This document shows positions 27,299 through 36,755 of a stretch of DNA of 64,000 bases, piece after piece. Position 1 is the first letter of the stretch. Each line of letters begins with the position of its first letter. The notes beneath the pieces were generated by a model. The model made no database searches, had not been told where the DNA came from, and saw only the letters and a program-made list of their open reading frames with translations. The stretch is from Candidatus Limnocylindria bacterium (GTDB taxonomy: Bacteria > Chloroflexota > Limnocylindria > Limnocylindrales > CSP1-4): assembly GCA_035513775.1 (NCBI GenBank), contig DATKBR010000004.1, forward strand, positions 469 through 64,468, in the 5' to 3' direction. The position numbers were made by a program, and so were the translations under genes.

Positions 27299-27697
27299 AT
27301 GCCAACCGTTCGCGAGCTACGCATCGCCCTCACCGTCGACGACTACGAGGCGGCTGTTGCCTTCTACCGGGACGCGCTGGGGCTCGCCGAGGTGGAGTCG
27401 TGGGTCCGGCCGGACGGCCGGGGCACGATCCTCGACGCCGGCCGCGCCACCATCGAGCTCTTCGACCCGCTCCAGGCCGAGACGCTGGATCGCATCGAGG
27501 TGGGTCGGCGCATCTCCGGCCCCGTCCGGTTCGCCCTGCACGTGGACGATTCGGTGGCGGCCGCCGACGAGCTGGTGGAGGCCGGCGCCCATCGCGAGAG
27601 CGACGCGGTGGAAACCGCCTGGGGCGACCGGAACGTACGCGTCCGGGCGCCCGACGGCATGCAACTCACCCTGTTCACGCCGGCCGAGGGCGACTGA
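27299..27697 (+). CDS. VOC/glyoxalase-family protein
   Basis: MPTVRELRIALTVDDYEAAVAFYRDALGL...WGDRNVRVRAPDGMQLTLF is a classic glyoxalase/bleomycin-resistance fold sequence. Confidence 0.75.
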   Translation: MPTVRELRIALTVDDYEAAVAFYRDALGLAEVESWVRPDGRGTILDAGRATIELFDPLQAETLDRIEVGRRISGPVRFALHVDDSVAAADELVEAGAHRESDAVETAWGDRNVRVRAPDGMQLTLFTPAEGD

Positions 27698-27768
27698 CCC
27701 GATCGTTCGCCCCGGGGCACGCTTCCGTCGGGGTACGGAGCCCCGGCGCCGTCGCTATCCTGCGGCGC

Positions 27769-28401
27769 ATGGTCGAAGGTCCCCTGGGCCCGCCGTTGCC
27801 GGAGCCGACCTCGTTCTCCGCGTTCGACCACCTCCTCGACACCTGCCGGCGCACCCATGCCGCGCTCCACGCCGTCGTCCACGACGAGGCGCGGGACGGC
27901 GCGGCGCTGCGCGACCTGCTCGCCCGCGAGGCACTCACGCATGTCGAGGCCGTCCTCGAGGGCCTCGTGCTCCTGGCGCGGGCCGGTGGCTTCTCCCCCG
28001 AGGAGCTCCGGACGCTGGTGCGACGCGCGGGGATCGTGGCGCGCGCGGGGACCGGCACGGCGGAGGCCAGGGCCGCCCTGTACGAGGCCGCGTACGACCG
28101 ACCGACGCTCCGGGCCGTGGATGGGGGCTCCATGCTCGCCGCGGGCCACGCGCGCGTCGTGTTCTCCGTGATCCCGAGCCTCCCGTCGGGCGACGTGTCG
28201 TGGCCGACGCACCCGCGGAGCTACGCCGACATCGCCGCGCCGCACTCGGAGGGCGAGCTGCTGCTCCGCGCGGAAGAGCTGGCTCGCGTCGTCTGGCGGG
28301 TCGCGGTGGGTGACGAGCGGCGCGACGAGCCGCTCCGGCGGACGCTCGCGTTCTACGAAGCGGGCTCGCGGCTGTCGTTCCGCGGCTTCCTGGCCGCGTG
28401 A
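27769..28401 (+). CDS. Hypothetical protein (210 aa, Ala/Arg/Leu-rich, probably helical)
   Basis: ATG 27769 and high GC3. I recognise no family. Confidence 0.45.
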   Translation: MVEGPLGPPLPEPTSFSAFDHLLDTCRRTHAALHAVVHDEARDGAALRDLLAREALTHVEAVLEGLVLLARAGGFSPEELRTLVRRAGIVARAGTGTAEARAALYEAAYDRPTLRAVDGGSMLAAGHARVVFSVIPSLPSGDVSWPTHPRSYADIAAPHSEGELLLRAEELARVVWRVAVGDERRDEPLRRTLAFYEAGSRLSFRGFLAA

Positions 28402-28773
28402 CCAGCGTCCGTGCCGCCGACGAGCGGAGCCGGCCGAACGTGTGCTCAAAAGCCGCAGCGTGCACGCCTAGCGTGCATTTCTGGCATTTCAGAGGCCATT
28501 TGCCTCTTCAGAGCGGACGCTGCGGCAGTTCCGCGGGTCGCACCCGCGTCACCCACGCGGGGGGACAGGCCCTCGGTGGCGTCGCCAGCCGGTCGTGCGA
28601 AGCGAATTCGCCGACAAGCCTTGGAACTGATCATCTGGCGTGCTTCGCGCCCTGATCGGCGCCATCGCATGTGGCGCGCCGGTCGGGCGAAGGCGGCGTG
28701 AGCACGGAAGGCGAGCGCCCGTGGATGGGCGTGAGCCGACGCGCGCAGCGCCAACGCACGCATGGACGAGCGG

Positions 28774-30009
28774 TCAGCCCCGCGGGAGCAGCACGATGCG
28801 GCGGTTGGGCTCCTCGCCGATTGACTGCGTGGCGACGTCCGGATTGCCCTTGAGAGCGAGGTGGATCCAGCGCCGCTCGAGGGCCGGCATCGGCTCCAGC
28901 TGGAGCATCTTGCCGGTCTCGATGACGCGGCGCGCGGCGCGCTCGGCGATCTCGCGGAGCTGTCGCTCGCGACGGCCGCGGTAGTCCTCGACATCGACCA
29001 GGACCCGGGTCCACGTGCCCATCTGGCGCGACAGCATCAGGTTGACCAGGTGCTGGAGCGCCGAGAGGCGTTCGCCCTTGCGTCCGATGAGCGCCCCGAG
29101 CTCCTCGCGCTCGCCCTCGTCGCCGAGGACGTTGAGCCGGCTCGTCTCGCCGGTCTCCACGTCGACCCGGGCGGCGAAGCCGATGTGCGCCAGCAGCTGC
29201 TCGAGGATCACCTTGCCCGCTGCGAGCGCCTCGGGCGATGCATCGGCGGCTTCGAGCTCCGCGCGCTCGGAGGCCACGGAACCCCGGAGGGCGGCGACCT
29301 CGGCCTCCTCGCCGGCGGTCAGGTCGGCGGCGCCTCGACGCGGCGCGTCGCCGCCACCGTCGGAGCGGCGCGGTCGGCGGTCGTCCCGGCGGGGTCCGCG
29401 GTCGTCCCGTCGCGGTCCGCGGTCGGCGCGGGGCCGGGGCTCGCGGGGCTGATCATCGCGAGGTCGCGACTCGTTGGCGGCGAGCGCCGCACCCTCTTCG
29501 CTCTCCATCGCGGGAGCGTCACTACCCACGAACGGGCGGGGTGCCTCGGCCGGGCGCGACTCGTCGCGCCGGGGCGCGCGGTCGTCGCGGCGTGGTCCGC
29601 GGTCGCGATCGAACGGGCCGCCGCGGTCCTCGCGGCGCGGCGCCCGGTCGTCGCGGGCGGGTCCGCGGTCGTCCCGTCGCGGTCCGCGGTCGCGATCGAA
29701 GCTGCCGCCCCGATCCCGGTCGAAGCCGCGCCCCTGACCTCGATCGTCGCGCTCCCGATCCCGCGGTGGCGGCGCCGGCAGCGGCTTGGCCGCGGCGGCC
29801 TCACGCTTCGGCGCCGCGCCGCCCAGCTCGGAACGGGGCGCGGCGAGGATCCGCGCCGGCTCGGCACCCATGCCCAGGACGCCGCGGCTGCCAGGCGTGA
29901 GGATCTCGAAGTCGAGGTCATCGAGGCCGACCCCGAAGTCCTCGCGCGCAAGGCGCAGGGCCTCCTCTACCGACTTGCCAGTGAACTCGCGATATGCGCT
30001 CGTGCTCAT
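28774..30009 (-). CDS. jag: Jag/KhpB-like RNA-binding protein (Jag_N + KH + R3H) with a ~185-aa Arg/Asp-rich insert
   Basis: Jag_[48 protein letters not shown]3H MPALERRWIHLAL. ATGA overlap with the yidC stop. Confidence 0.85.
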   Translation of the reverse strand: MSTSAYREFTGKSVEEALRLAREDFGVGLDDLDFEILTPGSRGVLGMGAEPARILAAPRSELGGAAPKREAAAAKPLPAPPPRDRERDDRGQGRGFDRDRGGSFDRDRGPRRDDRGPARDDRAPRREDRGGPFDRDRGPRRDDRAPRRDESRPAEAPRPFVGSDAPAMESEEGAALAANESRPRDDQPREPRPRADRGPRRDDRGPRRDDRRPRRSDGGGDAPRRGAADLTAGEEAEVAALRGSVASERAELEAADASPEALAAGKVILEQLLAHIGFAARVDVETGETSRLNVLGDEGEREELGALIGRKGERLSALQHLVNLMLSRQMGTWTRVLVDVEDYRGRRERQLREIAERAARRVIETGKMLQLEPMPALERRWIHLALKGNPDVATQSIGEEPNRRIVLLPRG

Positions 30010-31268
30010 CGACGTCTCCCTCGCCGGCCCTGTCGACCCCGGTGGCGAATCGTTGCGTTCGCCGACGCCGAGCGATCGAGGGCTGACTTCTCAGGATTGG
30101 GCCGCGCCGGCGCTCCCGCCGTGCGCGAGGTGGATGTCGGCGCCGTGGGAGCGGCGACCGGGAAGCGCGGGTTGTGAGCCACGGCGAATGCCGGGGTCCG
30201 GCCGAAGAGGGGGAACATCGCCCCCCAGCCGGTGGTCAGGAACTGCTGCACGATCTGGTAGATCGTGGAGACGATCAGGTAGATGAAGACGCCGACCGGG
30301 ATGATGTTCCCGTAGATCAGCGTGATGAACGGCAGGTACAGCGCCATCGTCCGCTGCATCCGCTGATTCTGGTCCAGCGGCGTGTTCGGGTCGTGCGGCG
30401 GCAGCGCCATCCGCGACGCGATCAGCTGGAGGGACAGGTAGGCCACCGCGAACAGCGAGATGCCGGTAAGGTTCGTGATGATCAGCGGCAGCGTGAACCC
30501 GAACGGGATGATCCCACCGTGGCCGGCAGCCTCGATCCCGCCCAGCCACGAGATCGACGAGTCGATGCATGGCTGGTAGCCGAGGAGGTTGTACGCGGCG
30601 TCGTAAAGCGGGATGGGCGAGGGCGGACAGGCCAGCGGCACGACCTGGAAGCCGAGGATCTGGAGCGACGCGGTCAGGTCGGACGCACGCAGTCCCTCAC
30701 TCACCACCACGTACATCGGCAGGATCAGGAAGAGCGGGAGGAGCGCGACGAGGCAGCCGGCCTGGCTGATCCCGCGTTCCTTGTACAGCGCCATCGTGGC
30801 CTGCTGCTGCTTGACCCGGTCGTTCTTGAAGCGCCGCTGGATCTCCTTGATCTCCGGCGCGACCGACTGCATCCGCCGCATCGAAACCATCTGCCGGCGC
30901 ATGAGCGGGACCATCGCGGTCCGCACGACCAAGGTCGTCAGGATGATCGCGACACCCATGTCGCCGACGACGCCGTGCAGGCCGACCATGAGGATCAGGA
31001 AGGCCTGGTAGATCGGGTTGAAGAGGACTGCGAGGATGCTGACCGGGTCGGCCTTGATCTCCGCGGGATGGATGATCAGCGGCGTCGGTGCGGGCGTCGT
31101 GACGGGCGCTGCGGTAGGCGCCGCGGGCGGGGCGGACTGGCCCGCGACCGGTGTGGCGCCCGGGGCGGCGGACGGCTGGATCGGCTCGCACGCACCGAGC
31201 GCCAGGGCGACCACGAGCAACAGCCCGAGAGCGAGGGCTATGCGGAGCGCGCTGCGGCGAAGGCTCAT
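30006..31268 (-). CDS. yidC: Membrane protein insertase YidC (Gram-positive lipoprotein type)
   Basis: Start at MSLRRSAL..., lipobox LALGAC. YidC core [30 protein letters not shown]. The yidD stop overlaps its ATG. Confidence 0.9.
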   Translation of the reverse strand: MSLRRSALRIALALGLLLVVALALGACEPIQPSAAPGATPVAGQSAPPAAPTAAPVTTPAPTPLIIHPAEIKADPVSILAVLFNPIYQAFLILMVGLHGVVGDMGVAIILTTLVVRTAMVPLMRRQMVSMRRMQSVAPEIKEIQRRFKNDRVKQQQATMALYKERGISQAGCLVALLPLFLILPMYVVVSEGLRASDLTASLQILGFQVVPLACPPSPIPLYDAAYNLLGYQPCIDSSISWLGGIEAAGHGGIIPFGFTLPLIITNLTGISLFAVAYLSLQLIASRMALPPHDPNTPLDQNQRMQRTMALYLPFITLIYGNIIPVGVFIYLIVSTIYQIVQQFLTTGWGAMFPLFGRTPAFAVAHNPRFPVAAPTAPTSTSRTAGAPARPNPEKSALDRSASANATIRHRGRQGRRGRRR

Positions 31269-31489
31269 CGGACGGGGTCGTAGCCGCCGGGGTGACCCGG
31301 GTGGCAACGCGCGATCCGCCTCGCGCCCATCCAGGAGCCGCGGAACAGGCCGTGGCGTTCGATCGCCTGCTCGGTGTAGCGGGAGCAGGTGGGCTCGTAG
31401 CGGCAGCTGGAGGGTAGCCACGAAAAGAGGAATCGGTAGGCGTGGATCAACGCGATGCCGATCCGCTCGAGGATCCCGACGTGCGTCAA
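31265..31489 (-). CDS. yidD: Membrane protein insertion efficiency factor YidD
   Basis: 74-aa with [26 protein letters not shown]...RIARCHP. Confidence 0.9.
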   Translation of the reverse strand: MTHVGILERIGIALIHAYRFLFSWLPSSCRYEPTCSRYTEQAIERHGLFRGSWMGARRIARCHPGHPGGYDPVR

Positions 31490-31839
31490 CCCTGTCCCAG
31501 GCCCATCTCACCGCCCTGTTCGGCCATGACGCCGCCCCGGGCGAGCAGCCGGCCGAGGGCCGAGCCGATCGCTCGATGGTCGGCACTGACGATCGCCGGC
31601 CGGGCGATCACCAGCACGTCCCAACCCGGTCGCAGCGCGGGCTGCATCGACCGGATCGTCTCCCGGAGCCGCCGACGGACTCGATTCCGAACGACCGCGG
31701 AGCCAAGGGCCTTGCCGGTCGCCAATCCGAATCGGGTGATCCCGAGCTCGGTCCGGAGGACGCGTGCCGCAAGGAGCGGGTGCGAGCGAATCGTCCCGCG
31801 CTCCTGGAGCGCCGCGAAGTCCTGCGGGCGGGAAAGCAT
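31486..31839 (-). CDS. rnpA: RNase P protein component
   Basis: [15 protein letters not shown]...[19 protein letters not shown] (the RNR motif). ATG 31839 chosen inside the longer ORF 31486..32034, which otherwise overlaps rpmH. Confidence 0.85.
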   Translation of the reverse strand: MLSRPQDFAALQERGTIRSHPLLAARVLRTELGITRFGLATGKALGSAVVRNRVRRRLRETIRSMQPALRPGWDVLVIARPAIVSADHRAIGSALGRLLARGGVMAEQGGEMGLGQG

Positions 31840-31871
31840 CTCGAGCCGCGGCCGTGGGCCGCGCTCGGCCG

Positions 31872-32009
31872 TCAGGCCGACAGGCGCTTGCGACCGCGGG
31901 CCCGGCGTGCGGCCAGGACGCGGCGTCCGCCCGTCGTCTTCATTCGGGCGCGGAAGCCGTGCTCCTTGGCGCGGTGGCGCTTTTTGGGCTGGTAAGTCTG
32001 CTTCGTCAT
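31872..32009 (-). CDS. rpmH: 50S ribosomal protein L34
   Basis: My own translation (too short for the ORF track): [45 protein letters not shown]. Confidence 0.95.
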   Translation of the reverse strand: MTKQTYQPKKRHRAKEHGFRARMKTTGGRRVLAARRARGRKRLSA

Positions 32010-32188
32010 CGTGCCTGCGCGGGATCCTCTCCATCCGGCCTCGGGGCTAGTCCATCATCGACCCCAGAAGGCACGCAAACGCGCCGATCGCCCGATCCCG
32101 CGGGCAAGGCGCGTTCCTCGTCCGGCGGATGATAGGTCGCCCGCCTCGGGACCGTCAAACAAGCGAGCCTTGCCGTCGTTCGGAAACC

Positions 32189-32218
32189 CCCGCTCGAAGC
32201 CCGCTCGAAGCCCGCTCG
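32189..32218. repeat. Tandem 11-bp repeat CCCGCTCGAAG x2.7
   Basis: Read directly in the rpmH-dnaA intergenic region. Confidence 0.85.
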
Positions 32219-32288
32219 CGGGCGCCGCAGGGAGCCGCCGAGGTCGCCGCCTGGGGCCGAGTGGTCGGCGACCGGTCGGCGTGTGCCC

Positions 32289-32305
32289 ATACTCCCTGGG
32301 AGTAT
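32289..32305. promoter_or_regulatory. Perfect palindrome ATACTCC-CTG-GGAGTAT overlapping a possible dnaA promoter (TCGGCG-N17-CATACT)
   Basis: 7-bp arms read directly. The -10-like CATACT is at 32288-32293 and the -35-like TCGGCG at 32265-32270, with a 17-nt spacer. Confidence 0.4.
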
Positions 32306-32470
32306 CTCCGAATCGCCTTGCAGGGTCGCGGTCGGCGGTGCTATGTTTCGCCCCCCGAGCCCCGGCGCCAGGCCCCTGAACACCCGCGCCGAGCCCTCGG
32401 TCGCGTGCCCGGTCTTGGCTTTCCCGCGGTAATCGTCCATCCCCCGGAACAGTGAGTCCACATCGACCTA

Positions 32471-33916
32471 ATGGACGCAAAACAGGTCTGGCGCGCAGCT
32501 CTCGGCGAGCTTCAGGTCACCCTCTCGCCAGCGAACTTCGAGACGTGGCTGCGCGACACCGCCCTCGTCGAGGTCGACGACACGAGGTTCCGGATCTCCG
32601 TCCCGAACGGCTTCGCCAAGGACTGGCTGGAGAGCCGCTACCGATCGCTGATCTCGCAGACCCTGGGCCGCATCGTCGGCTACGGCGTCCAGGTGGAGTT
32701 CTTCGTCGGCGACGACGCGGACGCGGCAGGCACCTCGGCAGATGCCGGCCTCTCGCGGTCGGACGACACCGGTGCGCCGGTCGCCGTAGGGCCGGGCCTC
32801 ATGCCCCGCGCCCCGGAGGGCCCCAGCCGGCAGGCTGCGCCCACTCCCCAGGTCCGCGTCGAGCCGGGCCGCGTCGGCGGTGAGGGCGGGACGAGCAACA
32901 TCAACACCCGCTACACCTTCGCGAACTTCATCGTGGGTTCCGCGAACCGCCTCGCCCACGCGGCGAGCCTGTCCGTCGCGGAGCGACCCGGCCACGCGTA
33001 CAACCCGCTGTTCCTGTACGGCGGCGTAGGCCTCGGCAAGACCCACCTGATGCACGCCATCGGCAACCAGGTCGCCGCCAAGTTTCCCCGGAAGCGCGTG
33101 GTCTACGCGACCTCCGAGAAGTTCACCAACGAGTTCATCACCTCGATCCAGCAGGGCAAGATCGACGAGTTCCGCGCCCGGTATCGCCGGATCGACCTGC
33201 TCCTCATCGACGACATCCAGTTCATCGCCGACAAGGAGCGGACCCAGGAGGAGTTCTTCCACACGTTCAACGCCATCCACGAGGACGGCAAGCAGATCGT
33301 GCTGAGCTCCGACCGGCCGCCCAAGGCGATCCTGACCCTCGAGGAACGGCTCCGGTCGCGCTTCGAGTGGGGGCTCATCGCTGACCTCACCGCGCCTGAC
33401 CTGGAGACGCGCATCGCGATCCTGCGGGCGAAGGCCGAGGAGGGCGCGGTCCCGATCTCGTCCGACGTCATCGAGTTCATCGCACGCAAGGTGGTGAGCA
33501 ATATCCGGGAGCTCGAGGGCGCGCTCAATCGGATCGTGGCGTACGCGTCGATGGGCGCGATGCCGATCTCGATCGAGCTGGCCCAGGCGGTGCTCTCGAA
33601 CGTGCTGTACAACCCCAAGAAGCGCCAGATCACGCCCGAGCGCATCGTCAAGGCCGTGTCCGAGTACTACGGCGTGGGCCTGGACCAGCTGAAGGGCCAG
33701 AAGCGCGACAAGGCAATCGTCGTGCCTCGCCAGATCGCGATGTTCCTCATGCGCGAGGAGACCGACGTCTCGCTCCTTCGCATCGGCGCCGAGCTCGGCA
33801 ACCGGGACCACTCCACCGTGCTCCACGCGTGCGACAAGATCACCCGCGAGTCGGGCGGCAACGACGAGCTGCGCCGTGAGATCGCCGCGGTCCGCGAGAT
33901 GATCTACGCCGACTGA
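32471..33916 (+). CDS. dnaA: Chromosomal replication initiator DnaA
   Basis: MDAKQVWRAALGELQ..., Walker A GGVGLGKTHL, LLIDDIQF, and a C-terminal DNA-binding domain (GNRDHSTVLHA). Confidence 0.98.
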   Translation: MDAKQVWRAALGELQVTLSPANFETWLRDTALVEVDDTRFRISVPNGFAKDWLESRYRSLISQTLGRIVGYGVQVEFFVGDDADAAGTSADAGLSRSDDTGAPVAVGPGLMPRAPEGPSRQAAPTPQVRVEPGRVGGEGGTSNINTRYTFANFIVGSANRLAHAASLSVAERPGHAYNPLFLYGGVGLGKTHLMHAIGNQVAAKFPRKRVVYATSEKFTNEFITSIQQGKIDEFRARYRRIDLLLIDDIQFIADKERTQEEFFHTFNAIHEDGKQIVLSSDRPPKAILTLEERLRSRFEWGLIADLTAPDLETRIAILRAKAEEGAVPISSDVIEFIARKVVSNIRELEGALNRIVAYASMGAMPISIELAQAVLSNVLYNPKKRQITPERIVKAVSEYYGVGLDQLKGQKRDKAIVVPRQIAMFLMREETDVSLLRIGAELGNRDHSTVLHACDKITRESGGNDELRREIAAVREMIYAD

Positions 33917-34419
33917 CCCCGACGCCGCGGCGCGGACTGCCCACCGCCTGCCGGCACGGGATCGGGGCTGGTGAAGGCCCCGGCGTTGGCCCAGAGTTAT
34001 CCACGAATCGCGGCTCCGCTGTGGGAACCCGGTGGCATCGCAAGGTCAGGGCGCGGCAGTGCAGCGTGGACGCAATGTTGGACAACCGCCAACGCACGCG
34101 TGGACGCAGCGCCCGAAGTCCGGCCGGCCCCGGCCCCGACCACAAGGTTCTCCACCGCTCGGCCGGTACCTCGTCCCCGAGTTCACTTCGGCAGCGCACC
34201 GATTCACCGCCGCAGTCCACCGCGTTGCCGATCAGGGCCGAGCACGGCCGTCCACGGCGTCCACACCATGATGATGGTGATGACGAGCATTCGAGAATGG
34301 GGGAAGATACACATACCTAATGACGCGGCTTCGCGGGAGCCGGGAACCCCTGCGCGACGCAGCCCTCGCATCCAGAGATCCTGGATCGTCCCCGCCCAAC
34401 CCCATGGAGTGGACCTGAC
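33917..34419. other. oriC-like region between dnaA and dnaN (DnaA-box cluster plus an AT-rich element)
   Basis: TTATCCACG (33997-34005); CGTGGACGC twice (34065, 34099); TTCTCCACC (34148); CAGTCCACC (34213); CCGTCCACG (34248); GCGTCCACA (34257); AGTGGACCT (34408). The AT-richest stretch of the window is at 34268-34325 (atgatgatggtgatgacgagcattcgagaatggg..acatacctaatga). Confidence 0.6.
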
Positions 34420-35538
34420 GTGAAGCTCTCGGTCATGCAGGAGAACCTGGCTCGCGGCCTCGGGGTCGTGAGTCGAGCGGTCTCCAACAGGAGCACGCTG
34501 CCCGTGCTGGCGAACGTCCTCCTCAAGACCGAGGACGGCGGCCTCCGCCTCACCACGACGAATCTCGAGATAGGGCTCGTGTACTGGGTGCCCGGCAAGG
34601 TCGAAACCGACGGGTCGACGACCGTGCCCGCGCGGCTGCTCGCCGATCTCGTCGGCTCTCTGCCCGGTGGCCAGCGCATCGATCTGGAGACCGGCCCCAA
34701 CGAGACGCTCCACGTGAGCGCCGGCCCGTTCCAGTCGCACGTGAAAGGCATCGATGCCGAGGAGTTCCCGTCGATCCAGCCGACCGGCGAGCGCCCGACG
34801 ACCCGAATCGCCCAGGACGTCCTGAAGCGCGCGCTCGAGGAGACCGCCTTCGCCGCGGCAACCGACGAGGCCCGCCCGATCCTCACCGGCGTGCTGTGCC
34901 GGTTCGAGGGCGACACCGTGACACTTGCCGCCGCCGACAACTACCGCATCGCGGTCAAGACGATCCCGATCCTGGACGCGGTCGCGGACACCAGCGTCGT
35001 CGTCCCGGCCCGGGCGCTGACCGAGCTCATGCGCGTGCTGGGCGACACCGATGACCCCGTCGACGTCGTGCTGGCGCAGAGCCGCAACCAGATCCTGTTC
35101 CACCTGGAGGGGATCGACCTCGTCAGCCGGCTCATCGACGGGCAGTTCCCGAACTACCAGTCGGTCCTGCCCAAGGCGCATACCACGCGTGCGGTCCTCG
35201 ACCGGGAGGAGCTCCTGCGAGCCGTCCGGCCGGCGGCGCTCATCGCCCATGAGTCGGCCAACATCGTGAAGCTCCAGATCTCGGCGAACGGCACTCCGGG
35301 CATCACGGTTAGCGCGAACGCGGAGATCGGCGACCACGTCGGCCAGGTCGAGGCGGCGGTCGAGGGCGACGGCACCTCGATTGCATTCAACGCGAAGTAC
35401 CTCGCCGACGTGCTCGAGAAGGTCTCTGCGGAGCAGTTCGCGCTCGAGCTCCAGGGCCCGCTCGCACCGGGTGTCTTCAAGCCGATCGGCGACGACCAGT
35501 ACGTCCACGTGGTGATGCCGGTCCGAACGACGTCCTGA
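34420..35538 (+). CDS. dnaN: DNA polymerase III beta sliding clamp
   Basis: 372-aa: MKLSVMQENLARGLGVVSRAVSNRSTLPVLANVLL..., three-domain clamp length, in the canonical position. Confidence 0.96.
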   Translation: MKLSVMQENLARGLGVVSRAVSNRSTLPVLANVLLKTEDGGLRLTTTNLEIGLVYWVPGKVETDGSTTVPARLLADLVGSLPGGQRIDLETGPNETLHVSAGPFQSHVKGIDAEEFPSIQPTGERPTTRIAQDVLKRALEETAFAAATDEARPILTGVLCRFEGDTVTLAAADNYRIAVKTIPILDAVADTSVVVPARALTELMRVLGDTDDPVDVVLAQSRNQILFHLEGIDLVSRLIDGQFPNYQSVLPKAHTTRAVLDREELLRAVRPAALIAHESANIVKLQISANGTPGITVSANAEIGDHVGQVEAAVEGDGTSIAFNAKYLADVLEKVSAEQFALELQGPLAPGVFKPIGDDQYVHVVMPVRTTS

Positions 35539-35542
35539 GGCC

Positions 35543-36730
35543 ATGGCCGCCTCGAACGGCGCCCGCGCGGCTACTCCGGTGAGCACGGCCACGATGGACC
35601 GCCTGCGGCTCACCGACCTGCGCTCCTACGCAATGCTGGACGCCGAGTTCGGCCCGGGGCCGCACCTCGTCTGGGGGCCCAACGCGGCGGGCAAGACGAG
35701 CCTGCTCGAGGCGATGGTGATCCTAGCCCACGGCGCATCGCATCGCACGGCCACCGATGCGGAGCTTATCCGCTGGGGCGCCGACGTCACGCGCATCGAG
35801 GGCCATGCCAGCGGCGACGAGATCGAGGTCGCCCTCGTTCGACCCGGCTCGGCCGCCGCCGCCGCCGGCTCCCGCAAGCGAATCCGGGTCAACGGCGTCC
35901 CACGCAGGGGGGCGGCCCTGGCCGAGCGGCTCCGCGTCGTGCTGTTCGCTCCCGAGGACATGCTCCTGGTCGCGGGTTCGCCGTCGCTCCGGCGCGCGAC
36001 CCTGGACCAGCTGGCCGGCACGCTCGTGCCGGGCTATGCCGCGGAACTCTCGGCCTACGGGCGGGCGCTCCAGCAGCGGAACGGCCTCCTCCGCGCGATT
36101 CGGGACGAGACGGCGTCACGGGACGAGCTGCGCTATTGGGACCGCCCGTTCCTCGACGCCGGCGGCGCGGTGGTCGCGGCCCGGCACGCGCTCCTCGAAA
36201 GGCTCGCCGAGCCGCTCGCCGCAGCCCACGCCGAGATCGCACCGGACGAGGCGGCGACCGGCGCACTGGACGTCGACTACGTCACGAATGCTCCAACCGC
36301 AACCGGCGAGACCGCACGGGATGCCCTGGAGCGCAGGCTCCGGGAGACCGCGGAGAAGGAGGTCTGGAACGGAACGACGCTCGTCGGGCCGCACCGGGAT
36401 GACCTCGCCTTCACGATGTCAGGCCGTGACCTGTCCGGCTTCGCCTCGCGCGGCCAACAGCGCACCGCCATCCTCGCCCTGAAGCTCGCCGAGCTCGACC
36501 TCGTGACCGCGCACGATGCCCGGCCTCCGCTGCTCCTGCTCGATGACGTTTTCTCGGAGCTGGACCCGGCGCGCCGAGCGCACCTCGTCCGGCGGATATC
36601 GGAGCTTCCGCAGGCATTCGTGACCACGACGACGCTCGACGACCTCGACCCGGCGCTTCGGGCCGTGGCGACGCCGTGGGAGGTCAGCGCGGGGGAAAAC
36701 GGCGCCCGCCTGGTCGCAACAGCGCCGTGA
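35543..36730 (+). CDS. recF: DNA replication/repair protein RecF
   Basis: Walker A GPNAAGKTSLLEA, signature SRGQQRT, Walker B LLLLDDVFSELD. The start may be ATG 35594 (MDRLRLTDLRSY). Confidence 0.92.
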   Translation: MAASNGARAATPVSTATMDRLRLTDLRSYAMLDAEFGPGPHLVWGPNAAGKTSLLEAMVILAHGASHRTATDAELIRWGADVTRIEGHASGDEIEVALVRPGSAAAAAGSRKRIRVNGVPRRGAALAERLRVVLFAPEDMLLVAGSPSLRRATLDQLAGTLVPGYAAELSAYGRALQQRNGLLRAIRDETASRDELRYWDRPFLDAGGAVVAARHALLERLAEPLAAAHAEIAPDEAATGALDVDYVTNAPTATGETARDALERRLRETAEKEVWNGTTLVGPHRDDLAFTMSGRDLSGFASRGQQRTAILALKLAELDLVTAHDARPPLLLLDDVFSELDPARRAHLVRRISELPQAFVTTTTLDDLDPALRAVATPWEVSAGENGARLVATAP

Positions 36731-36755
36731 CCCGCGCCGGCGCGAAGGCGACCCC

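Noticed and set aside
27298-27301. Head-to-head overlapping start codons (CATG) for the divergent PPOX-like and VOC genes.
   Set aside because: This only holds if the PPOX gene starts at ATG 27300. An in-frame GTG at 27228 gives a family-typical ~153-aa protein and a normal ~70-nt divergent promoter region, so the overlap is probably an artefact of start choice.
26718-28401. A possible genomic island integrated at the tmRNA 3' end.
   Set aside because: There is no integrase or recombinase, no phage or mobility genes, and I could not find a direct repeat of the tmRNA 3' terminus downstream. The three genes are ordinary small metabolic or hypothetical ORFs with native-looking codon usage.
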